Positions 53,550-63,356 are shown, numbered from the stretch's first letter. The stretch is 64,000 nucleotides of DNA from an uncultured Ktedonobacterales bacterium (GCA_964427535.1 CAYRVF010000006.1:3945-67944); one strand, 5' to 3'. Numbers and translations are program-made. The notes: a model not told the origin generated them from the sequence alone.

Positions 53550-56480
53550 GTGGCACCGCTTGCATCACCCCTGTTTGAAGACCTGCTGCGGCGATTCCGG
53601 ATGGCCGCCGGGCTGACACAGGAAGAGCTGGCCGAGCGCGCCGGTCTCAGCGCCGATGCCATCAGCGCTCTGGAACGTGGCGCCAGGCGTGCGCCGCGCA
53701 AAGACACCGTCGCCCTGCTCGCCGATGCGCTGCAGCTCGCGGCACCCCAGCGCGAGCTCCTCACGGCGGCTGCCCACCGCCGTCCGCCCTCCTCTGTCCC
53801 GTCTCCGTCTCTGCGTTCCGATGGCGTGCTCCCCGTCGCGGGCTTCGTGGGAGCACTGCCAACTGGCCTGCTGGTCTCCCGCGAGGACGAGCTCGCGCAG
53901 GCGATGGCCGCTCTTGAGGCGGTAACTGGTGGGGCTGGCCGCCTGCTGCTCCTCTCGGGTGAACCAGGCATTGGCAAGACGCGGCTGGCGCAAGAGGTCG
54001 CGGTGATCGCGCGAGACAAGGCGTTCGTGGTCGCTCCGGGACGCTGCTACGAACCTGAGCGCACCGTGACGTACTATCCGTTCCTGGAAGCCCTGTCACT
54101 CGCATACGCGTCCGCTCCGTCGTGGGTGCGTACCGCGCTACCGGACCGCTGGCCCGACGTCGTCCAGCTCCTGCCCGAGCTGCAGCTCGCGGTGACCAGC
54201 AGGCCCTCGTCCGCCCTCTCATCGGACAGCCCCATGGCGCAGCAGCGCCTCTTTTGGTCGGTCACGGGATTCGTGCGAGCGCTGGCCAGCGAACACCCGG
54301 TCGCGTTTCTGCTCGACGACCTCCACTGGGCAGATAGTGCCAGCCTCGCACTGCTCGTGCATCTGGCACGCCACACACGTACCGAGCGTGTGCTGCTGCT
54401 GGGTACCTATCGTGATGAGGCCGCTCCCGGCCAGCAGATCCTCGACACGCTGCTGCGCGACTTGCATCGTGAACAACTCGTCGAGCATATCGGCCTCCGT
54501 CCGCTCTCGCAGAACGGGACGGCGGCCCTGATTGCGGCAGCCTTCGGCGAGGGCCCGATATCGCCGGACTTCGCCGCGCTCCTGCATCAGCGCACCGAGG
54601 GTAATCCGTTCTTCGCGCATGAGGTGCTGCGGGCGCTGGTCGAGCGCGGCGACATCTATCGCCAGAACGGCGGCTGGCAGCGGCGCGCGCTCGTGGAGCT
54701 GCGCGTGCCGGACAACGTTCGCGCGGTCATTGGCGAGCGGGTCGCGCGCCTAAGCGAGTCCGCCCGGCAAACGCTGCGGGAGGCGAGCGTTCTGGGGCAG
54801 ACCTTCACCTTCGCCGACTTCGCGGGCCTACGCACGCGGCCAGAAGACGAGGTCGAGGCGGCGCTGGAGGAAGCGACGGCGGCGAATCTGGTGCGCGAGA
54901 GTGACGACGAGAGCTACACATTCTCACACGTGCTCATCCTGCAGACGCTGTATGAGGCGTTGCCCGCACGAAGGAAACAGCGACTCCATCGCATTGCCGG
55001 CGAGGCGCTGGAGCGGTTGCCAGAGCGCCAACGCCAGCAGCGTGTGGCCGAGCTTGCCTACCAGTTTGTCCGTGGCAACGACGCGGAGAAGGCGCTCGTC
55101 TACCTGCTCCCAGCAGCGGAGATATCCCATGCGGCGGGCGCTTTCCGGGAAGAGATCACGTTGCTTGACCAGGCTATTATGTTTGCGGAGCGCCTGGAGC
55201 ATCCGACCGCGGAGCTGCGCGCGAGGCGTGGCCTGGCATACTACGCGCTCTCCATCTGGAAAGCGGCCGATACGGATCTCACCACCGCTTTGCACGAGCT
55301 TGGGCCGGATCAGCGTGAGCTGCGCGCCAAAGCGACGAGTGCCCTAGCACAGATACGCCAATGGCTCTTCGATGAGAACGCCAATACGCGCCGGCTCGCA
55401 ACCGAAGCGCTCGCGCTGGCAAACGAGATTGGGCGCGACGACCTGGCAGCCAGCGCCATCAGCACCCTTGGCGTGCTCGACGTGTTCGTTGGAGATCTCC
55501 AGGGCAGTTTGCGGCATTTCGAGCAGTCGGTCGCGCGAGTTGGCTCCGAGCACCTGCGCGAGACACAGTGGGGCGCGGGCGGGGTCGAGTTCTCGGGTGT
55601 GGTGCTGTACTGGCTGGGCGACCTGGATCGCGCCATCGAGCGCGAGCGGCAGGCGCTCGACCTGGCGCGCCAGCAACACAACGTGGCCACCACCGGTAGC
55701 ATGCTGCACACACTCGGCCTCGCGCTCGCGGTCACCGGGCGCTACGGTGAGGGGCTCCAGGCCATTGCCGACGGGGAGCGTGTCGCCCGTGAGTATGAGG
55801 CTCGCCAATGGCTGGCGCGCGGCCTCGCGATCCATGGTGGCGTGCATCTCGCGGCCTTCGATTACGCCACCGCGCAGGCGCTCTCTGAGGAGGCGCGCGA
55901 TACCAGCCGGTCCGCGAATTGGCCGCACGCCACCATCAGCGCGGGGATCGATCTGGTGCAGAACTTCGCTCGTCGGCAGGAACCCGGTCGTGCCGATCGG
56001 CTGATCGACGAGCTGGCCCAGGCCGTCGCGGGTGACCACAGCCATAAGCGCTGGCTGTGGCAGATGCGCCTCGCCGAAGCGCGCGCCGAGATCGCCCTGG
56101 TGCGTGGCGAGTATGAGGACACCGTACGCTGGGCAGAGGAAGTCATCGCGCTCAGCCGCCTGCGCGGGCGTGTGAAGTACGAGGCGCTTGGTCTCTGTAC
56201 CCACGCGCAAGCGCTTGACAAGCTCGGTCACACACTGGACGCGATCGGTGATCTGCGGAAGGCCGTCGCGCTCGCCCGCTCGATGGGCGATCTGCCGCTC
56301 TTCCTGCACGTCGCCGCGCCGTTGCTCGTCCTCGCGGGTGACGATGCGCTGCTCGCCGAGGCACGCGCGGCGGCGGACCGCATCGCCTCCTCTCTGCCAG
56401 AGGGCGCCCTCCTGCGTCACTTCCATGCCGCCGAGCCGGTGGCGCTGCTGCATCGATTGAGCTCAACGGCACGCAGATAG
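53550..56480 (+). CDS. XRE-type HTH plus P-loop NTPase (AAA_16) plus TPR-like repeat regulator (STAND-like)
   Basis: Same frame as ORF 53490..56480. GTG 53550 is preferred (purine-rich GGAAAGGGGA ends 8 nt upstream). FEDLLRRFRMAAGLTQEELAERAGLSADAISALERGARRAP is the HTH. Walker A LLSGEPGIGKTRLAQE; Walker B FLLDDLHWAD. Long helical-repeat C-terminus. Confidence 0.8.
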   Translation: MAPLASPLFEDLLRRFRMAAGLTQEELAERAGLSADAISALERGARRAPRKDTVALLADALQLAAPQRELLTAAAHRRPPSSVPSPSLRSDGVLPVAGFVGALPTGLLVSREDELAQAMAALEAVTGGAGRLLLLSGEPGIGKTRLAQEVAVIARDKAFVVAPGRCYEPERTVTYYPFLEALSLAYASAPSWVRTALPDRWPDVVQLLPELQLAVTSRPSSALSSDSPMAQQRLFWSVTGFVRALASEHPVAFLLDDLHWADSASLALLVHLARHTRTERVLLLGTYRDEAAPGQQILDTLLRDLHREQLVEHIGLRPLSQNGTAALIAAAFGEGPISPDFAALLHQRTEGNPFFAHEVLRALVERGDIYRQNGGWQRRALVELRVPDNVRAVIGERVARLSESARQTLREASVLGQTFTFADFAGLRTRPEDEVEAALEEATAANLVRESDDESYTFSHVLILQTLYEALPARRKQRLHRIAGEALERLPERQRQQRVAELAYQFVRGNDAEKALVYLLPAAEISHAAGAFREEITLLDQAIMFAERLEHPTAELRARRGLAYYALSIWKAADTDLTTALHELGPDQRELRAKATSALAQIRQWLFDENANTRRLATEALALANEIGRDDLAASAISTLGVLDVFVGDLQGSLRHFEQSVARVGSEHLRETQWGAGGVEFSGVVLYWLGDLDRAIERERQALDLARQQHNVATTGSMLHTLGLALAVTGRYGEGLQAIADGERVAREYEARQWLARGLAIHGGVHLAAFDYATAQALSEEARDTSRSANWPHATISAGIDLVQNFARRQEPGRADRLIDELAQAVAGDHSHKRWLWQMRLAEARAEIALVRGEYEDTVRWAEEVIALSRLRGRVKYEALGLCTHAQALDKLGHTLDAIGDLRKAVALARSMGDLPLFLHVAAPLLVLAGDDALLAEARAAADRIASSLPEGALLRHFHAAEPVALLHRLSSTARR

Positions 56481-56561
56481 TGGCGCCGGCACCCAGGGAA
56501 GGGAACGGCGAAGCTCCACGCTAGCGGTGGCCAAATCAAACAGAGAGGGGGCGATTGCGAT

Positions 56562-57839
56562 ATGCGCACGCGCATTCGTGCTGGAGCAACCCTCTTGAGC
56601 GCGGCTCTAGCCCTGACCACAAGTCTCCTGGCTGCCTGTGACACGCACATCAGCACGAGCATCAGCGGTCCCAGGCATCTCCTCATTGCCACGGACCTGC
56701 CCGTCTCGGGTCTCGACGCGGCAGGCGGCTTGCCCACGCAGTATGGCGTTGATCTGGCGATTCAGCAGCACCACGACCTCGGCCACGGCTACACGCTCGA
56801 CGCCCTTCACATGAACGATGAGGGCACGAACGGCCCGGACGGTTCGATCGGCGCGGCGAACATCCAGCAACTGGTCTCCAACGCAGACGTGATGGCGGTT
56901 GTCGGCCCTTTCAACAGTGGTGTCGCGAAGCTGGAGATTCCAGTTGCGAGCTCCGCAGGCCTCGTCTTGATCAGCCCGGCCAACACCAATCCCGGACTGA
57001 CCAAGGCGCAGTACGCGGCCGCGAACGGCATCAACTTCGAGCAGCTGCATCCGGCTGGCAAGCCTGAGGCGTACTTCCGCATTCCGGCCACCGACGACGT
57101 GCAGGGCAAGGTCGATGCGCTGATCGCCGCGCAGCAACTCAACACCAAAACCGCCTATGTGATCGACGACAAGACCACGTACGGCAAGGGCCTAGCAGGT
57201 TACTTCACGCAGAACTTCCAGGCGGACGGCGGCACGATCGTCGGCAGCCAGGAGATCGACGCGAACCAGACCACCAACTTTCCGGCGGTGGCGACCGATA
57301 TCATCGGCAAGCACCCCGATGTCGTCTTCTTCGGTGGTCTGTCGTCTAGCGGCGGCGGCGCCCTCAAGGCCGATCTCGTCTCGGCGGGCGGCAACATCCC
57401 GATGGTCGGCGGCGACGGCATCGCGGACGACCCCTCGTGGATAAGCACGGCGGGTGCCGGCGCGAACAACACCTATGGCACGGTTGCGGCACCTGAGATC
57501 TCCGCACTGACGAGTACGGCCGCGACGCGGTTCAAGGGCGCCTACACCGCCTTCGTCGCCGGTAAGCCCGACAATGAGCTGCTCCCCTACAGCGCCCAGG
57601 CATATGACGCGGCGATGATCGAGATCCAGGCCATCAAGAACGTCATCGCCTCGGGGAACGCCGTCACACGCGCGGCGGTGCGCGAGCAGGTGGCGAAGAC
57701 CAATTACACCGGCCTAACGGGGCGGATCTCATTCGACGCGAACGGCGACAACTCCGGCCAGAAGGTCTTCAGCGTGTACGCGATCGACGCCGCAACGAAC
57801 GGCCAGTGGAAGTTCCTGCGGCAGGTCTACGCACCCTGA
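56562..57839 (+). CDS. branched-chain amino acid-type ABC substrate-binding lipoprotein (LivJ/Peripla_BP_6 family), orphan
   Basis: ORF 56562..57839. Lipobox LLAAC. ATDLPVSGLDAAGG...VVGPFNSGVA...YVIDDKTTYGKGLA pattern. No permease or ATPase genes are adjacent. Confidence 0.85.
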   Translation: MRTRIRAGATLLSAALALTTSLLAACDTHISTSISGPRHLLIATDLPVSGLDAAGGLPTQYGVDLAIQQHHDLGHGYTLDALHMNDEGTNGPDGSIGAANIQQLVSNADVMAVVGPFNSGVAKLEIPVASSAGLVLISPANTNPGLTKAQYAAANGINFEQLHPAGKPEAYFRIPATDDVQGKVDALIAAQQLNTKTAYVIDDKTTYGKGLAGYFTQNFQADGGTIVGSQEIDANQTTNFPAVATDIIGKHPDVVFFGGLSSSGGGALKADLVSAGGNIPMVGGDGIADDPSWISTAGAGANNTYGTVAAPEISALTSTAATRFKGAYTAFVAGKPDNELLPYSAQAYDAAMIEIQAIKNVIASGNAVTRAAVREQVAKTNYTGLTGRISFDANGDNSGQKVFSVYAIDAATNGQWKFLRQVYAP

Positions 57840-57989
57840 GCGGTCCAGTGCTGTGGTCTCGTGCCACGCGGTCCTCTTCCCATTGCGATACAGATGGCGG
57901 TGTGGGAACATTGGGGATACGTGATCGTCGGAGAAGTCCGCTCGCTCTCCGCGTGTCCAACTCGGCGCATCTTACAAGGAGACACTGCT

Positions 57990-59129
57990 ATGCCACAGCC
58001 ATCGGTGCTGATCGTCGGAGGCGGAGTCATGGGGCTGGCCACCGGCTACGCCCTCGCTCAGCGCGATGTCCGCGTGACGGTGCTCGAACGCGAGACGATC
58101 GGCCACGCGTGGGCCTCCTCGCACGGACTCTCGCGCGTGATTCGCCACGAGTACGGTCCACACGCGATCTACACGCGGATGGCGGCCCGCAGCCTGGTGC
58201 TCTGGGATGAGCTGGCGCGCGCATCCGGCCAGCACCTCTACACCGAGACGGGCGTCTTGCAGCTTGGCTGGGAAGACGACGGCGAGACACTCGCCGGGCT
58301 TGAGGTGATGCAATCAGAGCAGCTCCCCGCCGTCCGGCTCAGCGCGGAGGAGTGCGCGGCGCGGTTTCCGCAGTTCGTGCCGGACGAGTTCACGGCCATC
58401 TCCTACAACCCGCTCGGCGGCATGCTGCACGTCTCGGAGTGCCTGAGCGCGCTCGTCGCGGGCATCCGCTCGCATGGCGGCGAGGTGTACGAGCTCGCAC
58501 GCGTGCAGCGCGTCGGCGCGAGCGAGGGGCGTGGGCGCGTCACCCTCACGGACGGCACCCAACTGCGCGCGGACCGCATCGTCGTGACGCCCGGCCCCTG
58601 GATTCACGATGTCGTGCCCGAGCTGCATCTGCCGGTGCGCGTGTTGCGCCAACAGGTGCTCTACTTCTCCGGCTTGCCCGCCGAGCGGTTCGGCGCGGGC
58701 GCGTTCCCCGTCTTCCTGACGCCCGCGTTCCACACGCCCGAGGTCTATGGCCTGCCGTTGCAGGGTCCAGGCTGGTGGAAGATTGCCTCGGGAGGCACTA
58801 ACGAGTCGGACCCGAACGTGCCCTATCCGCCCGATGAGGACAACATCGCCAACGTGCGCGAGTATATGGAGCGGGTCATTCCGTCTTCGACGGGGGGCAC
58901 GCTCGCGCTCGTCGATCGCTGCCGCATCGACATGACGCCCGACGCGCACTACATCCTCGACCGGCACCCCAGCTATCCCGAGGTGATTCTCGGCTCAGGG
59001 TTCTCCGGGCACGGCTTCAAGATGGGCATCCTCGTCGGGCGCCTGCTCGCCGCGCTGGCGCTAAATGAAGAGCCCGAGATGCCGCTCGATACCTTCCGCG
59101 TCAGCCGATTCGCGGGTGAGCAGCGCTGA
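57990..59129 (+). CDS. FAD-dependent amine oxidase (sarcosine / N-methyltryptophan oxidase-like, DAO family)
   Basis: Same frame as ORF 57861..59129; start ATG 57990 (AAGGAG upstream). Dinucleotide fold VLIVGGGVMGLATGYALA. C-terminal GSGFSGHGFKMG. Confidence 0.85.
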   Translation: MPQPSVLIVGGGVMGLATGYALAQRDVRVTVLERETIGHAWASSHGLSRVIRHEYGPHAIYTRMAARSLVLWDELARASGQHLYTETGVLQLGWEDDGETLAGLEVMQSEQLPAVRLSAEECAARFPQFVPDEFTAISYNPLGGMLHVSECLSALVAGIRSHGGEVYELARVQRVGASEGRGRVTLTDGTQLRADRIVVTPGPWIHDVVPELHLPVRVLRQQVLYFSGLPAERFGAGAFPVFLTPAFHTPEVYGLPLQGPGWWKIASGGTNESDPNVPYPPDEDNIANVREYMERVIPSSTGGTLALVDRCRIDMTPDAHYILDRHPSYPEVILGSGFSGHGFKMGILVGRLLAALALNEEPEMPLDTFRVSRFAGEQR

Positions 59130-59165
59130 GCGGCCCTCTCTCACCGTCGCGTGCTCTCCACAACA

Positions 59166-60725
59166 TCACGATGCCCGCAGCCGCTGGGCAAGCAGATGCT
59201 TCTGTACTTTGCCTAGCGCGTTGCGTGGCAGCGACTCGACGTACACCACCCGGCGCGGCTTCTTGTAGCTGGCGAGCCGCTCGCGGCAGAAGGCGATGAT
59301 CTCTGTGGCATCCGGCTGTGCGCCGTCCTTCGGCACGATCACCGCGACCACCTGCTCGCCGAGATCGGCGTCGGGCAGGCCCAGCACCGCGACCTCCGAC
59401 ACCGCCGGGTGCGCCGCCAGCACGTCTTCGACCTCGCGCGGATAGACGTTGTAGCCGCCGCTGATGATGAGCTCACGCGCGCGTCCGGTGATGGTGTAGT
59501 AGCCATCGGCGCTGACCCAGCCGAGATCGCCCGTCTTGAACCAGCCGTCGGCACTGAAAGCCTCCGCCGTCGCCTCCGGCCGGTTCCAGTAGCCTGCGAA
59601 GACGTGCGGGCCGCGCACCTCGATCTCGCCGACCTCGCCCGCTGGCAGTGGCTGACGCGAGCGCACGTCCACCACGCGCGCCTCCTGTCCGGGGAAGGGC
59701 CCGCCGACGGTGCCCGCGCGTCGCTCGCCATCGTAGGGATTGGTTAGGTTCATGATCGTCTCGGTCATGCCGTAGCGTTCGAGGATGCGCTGCCCAAACA
59801 CCCGCTCGAACTCGGCGAAGACCTGCGCGCTGAGCGGCGCCGAGCCGGAGACGAAGAGCCGCAGCGCGGGCGGCGGCGCGCTCTGCACCGCGGCCTCCGC
59901 GAGCAACCGGCTATACATCGTGGGCACGCCGAAGAAGAGGCTGATGCGCGGATCGCCGCGCAGGGTGGCAAGCACGTCGGCCGCGTCGAATCCGCGCCGC
60001 AGCACCACGCTCGCGCCCGTCCAGAGCGTGCCGTGCATGCCGACCATCAGGCCGTGCGTGTAGAAGAGTGGCAGCGTCAGCAACAGGCGGTCGTCTTCCG
60101 TCCAGTGCCATGCCTCGGTGAGCGCGGCGATGTTCGCGGTGAGGTTGCGATGGAGCAGTAGCGCGCCCTTCGCCCGCCCGGTCGTCCCCGAGGTGTAGCC
60201 GAGCACGGCGGGAGCGTCCGCGGCTGGCATCATAAGCGGACGGTGCTCGCCGCCACCCTCCCGCGCGAGGAATTCGTCGTACGCGATGCGCTGAAACGGG
60301 GACGGAGTGGGAGGTGTCTCCACAGTCGCGGGCGCACCCACGACTACAAGCGCCTCCAGAGGAAGCTCCGCTGTCACGAGTCGCACCAGCTCATCCGCGC
60401 CCGCTGGCGACGTGACGCATAGTCGCACGCCCGCGTCGGCCAGAATGTGGCCCAGCTCGGTCTGCCGGTACTGGGTGTTGACCAGCACGACGATGCCGCC
60501 CGCGAGATGTGTCCCCAAGTACGCGACGACGAACTCGGGAGAGTTGTGCAACATCAGCGCGACGCGGTCGCCCGGCCGCACGCCCCAGGAGACCAGGGCA
60601 CGCGCGAAGCGCTCGACGGCCGCGAAAAGCTGCCCGTAGCTGAGATCCTGTCCCTCGAAAAGAATTGCGGTGCGCTCCGGGTGCCGCTGCGCGTGAGAGG
60701 ATACCGCCTCGACGATCGAATCCAC
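59166..60725 (-). CDS. AMP-dependent acyl-CoA synthetase/ligase
   Basis: Same frame as ORF 59166..60806. Start moved to GTG 60725 (GAGGAG 5 nt upstream), which removes the overlap with the neighbouring gene. AMP motif LGYTSGTTGRAKG, plus TGDLG...GYYTITGR and the C-terminal PRNALGKVQK. Confidence 0.9.
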   Translation of the reverse strand: MDSIVEAVSSHAQRHPERTAILFEGQDLSYGQLFAAVERFARALVSWGVRPGDRVALMLHNSPEFVVAYLGTHLAGGIVVLVNTQYRQTELGHILADAGVRLCVTSPAGADELVRLVTAELPLEALVVVGAPATVETPPTPSPFQRIAYDEFLAREGGGEHRPLMMPAADAPAVLGYTSGTTGRAKGALLLHRNLTANIAALTEAWHWTEDDRLLLTLPLFYTHGLMVGMHGTLWTGASVVLRRGFDAADVLATLRGDPRISLFFGVPTMYSRLLAEAAVQSAPPPALRLFVSGSAPLSAQVFAEFERVFGQRILERYGMTETIMNLTNPYDGERRAGTVGGPFPGQEARVVDVRSRQPLPAGEVGEIEVRGPHVFAGYWNRPEATAEAFSADGWFKTGDLGWVSADGYYTITGRARELIISGGYNVYPREVEDVLAAHPAVSEVAVLGLPDADLGEQVVAVIVPKDGAQPDATEIIAFCRERLASYKKPRRVVYVESLPRNALGKVQKHLLAQRLRAS

Positions 60726-60786
60726 GCCCACTCCTCGCTCATCAGTCGCACATTTCTCGTGAGAGCATTGTATCGCGGCGGGCTCG

Positions 60787-61416
60787 CTACAGGCGATACA
60801 GTGCACGGATGCGCGGCGCGAAGACGTAATTGAGCTGCACGAGCACGATGGCCGCGATGCTCACATACGTATTGATGACGCAGAGCAACGCACCAACGGC
60901 ATACAGCGCCTGCGCGACTATGATACGCCGGTACATCACCGACCGCATCTCGGCGGTCACGTCGTCGTTCATCAGCCCGGAGCGTGTTGTATACGCCAAC
61001 GACGCGAAGAGCATGGCGCCGAGCAGCAGGATGTTGAACCAATAGAGTCCGAGGGCCAGACGATAGGTGATGAATGCGGCGAGCAATGCTGTCGAGAACG
61101 GCATCAGCGTGACCGCGAGCAGGAAGCCGAGGTGTATCCAGGCGAGGTCGCGGGTGCTGCGAGTGAGATTGGTGAGCTGCGTCTGCTGACCGACCCAGAA
61201 GATACCGAGCGTCAGAAAGCTCATCACGTACGGGATGATACGTGGGAGCAGTCCGCCCAGCGCGCGCAACAGGCCGAGTTCGGAGTGGACGTCCGAACTT
61301 GCGGGCACGACAAGGTTCAGCGCGAGTACCGTCATCGAGAAGGCGAAGACGCCGTCGCTCAGAGCGGCCAGCCGGTCAAGACTCTCACCAGCGAAGCGGT
61401 TATAGAGTGCGCTCAT
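60787..61416 (-). CDS. TMEM175-family (DUF1211) potassium channel-like membrane protein
   Basis: Same frame as ORF 60787..61476; start ATG 61416 (AAGGAGAG upstream). Signature RLAALSDGVFAFSMTVLAL. Six hydrophobic helices. Confidence 0.85.
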   Translation of the reverse strand: MSALYNRFAGESLDRLAALSDGVFAFSMTVLALNLVVPASSDVHSELGLLRALGGLLPRIIPYVMSFLTLGIFWVGQQTQLTNLTRSTRDLAWIHLGFLLAVTLMPFSTALLAAFITYRLALGLYWFNILLLGAMLFASLAYTTRSGLMNDDVTAEMRSVMYRRIIVAQALYAVGALLCVINTYVSIAAIVLVQLNYVFAPRIRALYRL

Positions 61417-61592
61417 TTCTCTCCTTTTCCGTCTCGTTCTCAGGTGAGCAGCGGGGAAATCGGCTTCCTTGTCCATTCTACCGAATCCTGGCCAGCTTCA
61501 CGCGCGGGCCCGAACGACAGACAGCCTCGTAACCTCCCGCCGAATACGAACCAGAGCACTGCTTGAACGGACGATGCCCAGGAGGCACAACG

Positions 61593-61961
61593 ATGGCGAT
61601 ACAGTACCGCTCGCGGCGTTCTGTCGGAGGCGTTCCGCTCGTCCACATCGCATTCGGCAGCCGTCAGGTGGGGGGGCGCTACCGGCCAGCGCGAGCGCGC
61701 GGTGTGCTAGCTGTCGGCGATATCGCGCAGGGTGTGATCGCGGTTGGCGTCGTCGCCATCGGAGCCGTCTCGCTGGGGGTCGTCTCGGTGGGGATTGTCA
61801 CGCTGGGGCTGGTCGCCGTCGGGCTGGTCGCGGCGGGCGTGGCGGCTGTCGGACTCATCGCCGTCGGTGTCGTCGCGGTAGGGCTGCTCGCGGTGGGCGT
61901 CGTCGCCGTCGGCGCGCTGCGTGCCATCGGGGTCGTCGTCGCAGGCGCCGGGTCGAGATGA
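61593..61961 (+). CDS. hypothetical membrane protein made of hydrophobic G-x4 pentapeptide repeats
   Basis: In frame with ORF 61563..61961. ATG 61593 is preceded by GGAGG (7-nt spacing). N-terminus MAIQYRSRRSVGGVPLVHIAFG, then 15 consecutive 5-residue units (GVLAV GDIAQ GVIAV GVVAI GAVSL ...). Confidence 0.6.
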   Translation: MAIQYRSRRSVGGVPLVHIAFGSRQVGGRYRPARARGVLAVGDIAQGVIAVGVVAIGAVSLGVVSVGIVTLGLVAVGLVAAGVAAVGLIAVGVVAVGLLAVGVVAVGALRAIGVVVAGAGSR

Positions 61962-62017
61962 CACGCGAGCACAATGCCCGGCGATGATTCAGAGGTGCGA
62001 GACGCCGGGTCGCGCGG

Positions 62018-62344
62018 CTATTGCCTGCGCTCTTGCGCACCTACGGGAATCATCGCCTCGACGCCCACCTCGAACACCGTGCGCTGTGGTGGCGCTGAGA
62101 ACAGCGGTGCGAACTTGTCTAACTGTGCCTGGTAATATCCATTGGCCTCGCTTGCCGCGATATCCTCGGCAGTCTCAAAATAGGTGACTGTCATGCCTCT
62201 GCCGGTTGCCCGGTCTGTCAGCAGGTATGTGCTGCGAAAGCCCTTCTGTGCCTGTGCGGCTGGCACCACGGAATCGTGATAGAGCTGGATTGCCTCGTCC
62301 AACTTCTCGGGCCGCATCTGAACGGTCGTGACGCGCGCAAACAT
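62018..62344 (-). CDS. antibiotic-biosynthesis-monooxygenase (ABM)-like ferredoxin-fold protein
   Basis: Same frame as ORF 62018..62413; start ATG 62344 (AAGGAG 9 nt upstream). MFARVTTVQMRPEKLDEAIQLY...GFRSTYLLTDRATGRGMTVTYFET. Confidence 0.65.
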   Translation of the reverse strand: MFARVTTVQMRPEKLDEAIQLYHDSVVPAAQAQKGFRSTYLLTDRATGRGMTVTYFETAEDIAASEANGYYQAQLDKFAPLFSAPPQRTVFEVGVEAMIPVGAQERRQ

Positions 62345-62510
62345 GGTGCTCATCTCCTTCGTATTCGCGTGTGGCCCAGCGCCACACCCCTCGACATTCT
62401 CGGAGACCAACAACCCACTCGCAGCGTACAGCGATTCTCACCCGAGCATCCCGCACCTCTCGCCGCAGTCTATCCCATGCGCGTGGCGAACGCCCAGCGA
62501 CGGAAATGCG

Positions 62511-63356
62511 CTACAGGTCGCGCAGGCTGAAGGCGCGCATCGCCAGCAGCAGCAGCCCGACGACGTAGACGCCGGCGTAGATTACCATCGCCGAGCTGGG
62601 CACCGCGCCGAGGCTGAACGGCGAGACACCGAAGTTGTTGAGGATGGGCGGCTGCATGAGCGAGGCAGTGAGACGCCAGAGGGCTTCGACTGGCAACAGC
62701 AGGCTCGACACCACGCCGATCTGCGCCGTGGTGGAGCTTTGGAAGAAGCTGCCAATCTGCTCGATCCACGAGCCGATGAAGGCCAGCCCATACAGCATGA
62801 AGAGCAGGATGCCGTTCGTCAGCGTCGAGACGAAGACGCCGAAGAGCAGCGAGAGCGAGACCAGCACCGCGACCTGCAGCAAGATCAGCGACACGCCCGC
62901 TACGACGTTCGGCGGTATGTAGCCCGCGATCAGCCATGTCTCCAGCAGCAGGCCAATGCTCAGGAGCGCGGTGTAGAGCACGAGCATCACGACGTAGCCG
63001 AGCCACTTGCCCGCGATCACCTGCCAGCGGTACAGCGGCTTCGTCACGATCGACTGAATCGTGTGTGAGCCGATCTCGCCCGAGACCGCGTCGACGGTCG
63101 CGACAATGGCCAGCATGATCGCCAGAAAGTGGACCACGTAGAGTCCCGCGACCGTCAGCAGATTGTAGACGGTCGTCTGCGTGATGCTGCTGACGCCAGC
63201 GCCGCCCCCACGCAGATCCTGGTTTTGCACGATCGTGTGCATGCCCAGGCCGAAGAGCAGCAGAAAGCCTGCTCCCAGGGCGAGCGCGACGATCACCATG
63301 CTGCGCCGCCGCGCCTCGTGGAATGTCAGCCAAGCGAGAGTTCCGATGGCGTTCAC
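62511..63356 (-). CDS. ABC-2 type transporter permease
   Basis: Same frame as ORF 62511..63515. Start GTG 63356 overlaps the ATPase stop as GTGA. N-terminus NAIGTLAWLTFHEARRRSMVIVALAL and six hydrophobic segments. Confidence 0.8.
   Translation of the reverse strand: MNAIGTLAWLTFHEARRRSMVIVALALGAGFLLLFGLGMHTIVQNQDLRGGGAGVSSITQTTVYNLLTVAGLYVVHFLAIMLAIVATVDAVSGEIGSHTIQSIVTKPLYRWQVIAGKWLGYVVMLVLYTALLSIGLLLETWLIAGYIPPNVVAGVSLILLQVAVLVSLSLLFGVFVSTLTNGILLFMLYGLAFIGSWIEQIGSFFQSSTTAQIGVVSSLLLPVEALWRLTASLMQPPILNNFGVSPFSLGAVPSSAMVIYAGVYVVGLLLLAMRAFSLRDL

Noticed and set aside
55344-56453. 369-aa minus-strand ORF
   Set aside because: Antisense to the XRE-STAND regulator gene. No motifs and no ribosome-binding site.
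61679-61972. Minus-strand ORFs encoding PTA(T/S)(T/S)-type repeats
   Set aside because: These are mirror images of the 15-nt periodic G-x4 repeat gene. They lack a ribosome-binding site, whereas the plus frame has GGAGG and a non-repetitive N-terminus. Not fully excluded; see the corresponding finding.
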